64,000 bases of DNA from Chrysomallon squamiferum (Eukaryota > Animalia > Mollusca): NCBI GenBank assembly GCA_012295275.1, contig CM022666.1, positions 16,492,001 through 16,556,000 on the forward strand. Direction: 5' to 3'. The position numbers were made by a program, and so were the translations under genes. Shown in pieces: positions 62,015 through 64,000 of this stretch. The notes beneath the pieces are model-generated. The model was not told where the DNA came from and did not search any database. It worked only from the letters and a program-made list of their open reading frames with translations. Position 1 is the first letter of the stretch, and the number at the start of each line of letters is the position of its first letter.

Positions 62015-62393
62015 TTATTATTGTTGTTGTTATTATTGTTATTATTATGTATTTCAAATATAATTATCTGTAATGCAATTCGTATCAAGTAGCTGTAATT
62101 TCGGCAGACAAGAAAATCGCTCAGTTTAAACATTTACAAGAGTTTAGAGTCTGGTTTCATCGATCAGAGATTGTTTAAGTTGCGACTGCGGTGCAGAGAA
62201 TGATTGTGAAAAATGATTTTCCTAACTAGACATGACACGAGTCTGTTTCATGCTTTAACCAATAAACGAAGCGTCTCAGAAAGTTTAATGTGAAAGTGTG
62301 GTTTTATTAGTTTATTACAGGTTACTGATTTTCTTTGTAGACGTTCTAATAACCAGGAATTCTGAGAAACGATAACGACTGGTTGAGTTACTT

Positions 62394-62543
<150 letters not shown>

Positions 62544-63434
62544 GAGAGAGAGATGGGAGTTGCGTGTATTTCGAAAACAAAAACAGATAAAGAAATAAAT
62601 AAAAAGTTAAAAGAAATGCAATATAATTGAGTAAGGATATCCCACGTTCTGTATGAAATGTGTGTAGGATTAATGGTGTCTTGAAACTGACATCAGTGTT
62701 GTGTCTGTCTGTAACAGAACGAGTAAAATAGAATATTTTTGTACGTCTGTGCGCGAGCGAGATTTTTTTCAAGAAGATTTATGGTTGTTTGATCTGACCA
62801 AATTATTAAAGAAAAAAATCTAAATACTTGACACAGTTGAGCTTTAAAAAAAGTCTGTGGATGTTTCTAAGTAAATATTCACTGATAATTGGGTCAGCCT
62901 GTTTGATTAAACTGTTAATAAAACGCCCTCCATTAATAGAAATTGCCTGAGGGTACTCAGTCTGTGAAAACCGTGTACACACACCTCTTTATGGAACTAT
63001 TTTGAGTTTCGAAATATGTATCTACGTCCCCTCTCATCGCATCTTTAACTACTGACATCAGATCAGCCATGCATGACGAAATAAACGTCTACAACGACAC
63101 CATTTAACTATCTGCGTAGAAGTTGTTAAATTTTGTTTTTGTTCTATTGTGATGATGTTTGTGAAGAGGGCGGCGTGTCTCTGCTAGGCGGATTAATATT
63201 TTCTGAGTAAACAGTTCGTACAGAGCAGACGACGTTCTCGTGTTGGTACAGACTACACCACGTGCCGAGAACTTTATCACGAAATTAGACACCCACGAAC
63301 CAAAAATTCAACACCTAAAAGATCTCTCAGTTACAAGCAAAAAATGCAGCTTTATCATTTACTGTTAACGAATTTTTAATAAACGTATTTGTTACATATT
63401 TCTGTTGACGTTTGAAAATGATAATCCTTGTAAC

Positions 63435-63484
<50 letters not shown>

Positions 63485-63521
63485 GTAAAAAGTCTTGTCT
63501 TGAATAAAACTATTTTAGCAT

Positions 63522-63627
<106 letters not shown>

Positions 63628-64000
63628 CAGCCGTAGCAAACACCAAAAGATATACGTTTGTAATGCAGTACACATAGTTAATAATATATACAACACACAT
63701 TTGTACACACACTGCATACACATACACATTGTGTGTATCTGTGTTTGTGTGAGTATTTGTGTACATGTACATTATTTTTATTATTAAATTATTTATCGGA
63801 AATTTATTTTAAAACTGTTGTTATAATTAATATTACTTGTGGGTTTTTTAAAAACATGGTTAGTGAGAGGCTGTATGTATGAACAGACAACCTGTGTGAG
63901 CTGTGAACGGAAACCAAAAATTGATTGTCTGGTTCACGAGAATATTTACAAGCCCTGAGAAATTGTTTTATGTCAAAGAGTAACAATTATTAATTTGAGT

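Overview
AT-rich, microsatellite-rich animal genomic DNA (invertebrate; probably lophotrochozoan/mollusc, which is an inference from protein style and composition). Four spliced protein genes can be rebuilt exon by exon: a divergent nicotinic acetylcholine receptor alpha-type subunit (minus, 2777-7593), a cytosolic ALDH1A-type aldehyde dehydrogenase (plus, 8263-15366), cytoplasmic dynein-1 intermediate chain with a cassette of in-frame micro-exons (plus, 17652-41852) and class II eIF4E/4EHP (minus, 44134-47891). The main discovery lies just upstream of EIF4E2: a tandem cluster of Pol III small-RNA genes matching vault RNA (three intact ~105-nt copies at 49940, 51679 and 53304 plus three relics). 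They have A/B boxes, oligo-T terminators, a shared upstream promoter and a panhandle stem showing compensatory changes relative to vertebrate vtRNA. One copy is broken by a hAT (Charlie/Buster) transposon. Other observations: tandem repeats that repeatedly copy splice junctions, probable single-base assembly indels in two genes, an unusual M2 pore sequence in the nAChR, and an orphan frameshifted ORF near 54.1-54.7 kb. All comparisons with known sequences are from memory; no searches were run.
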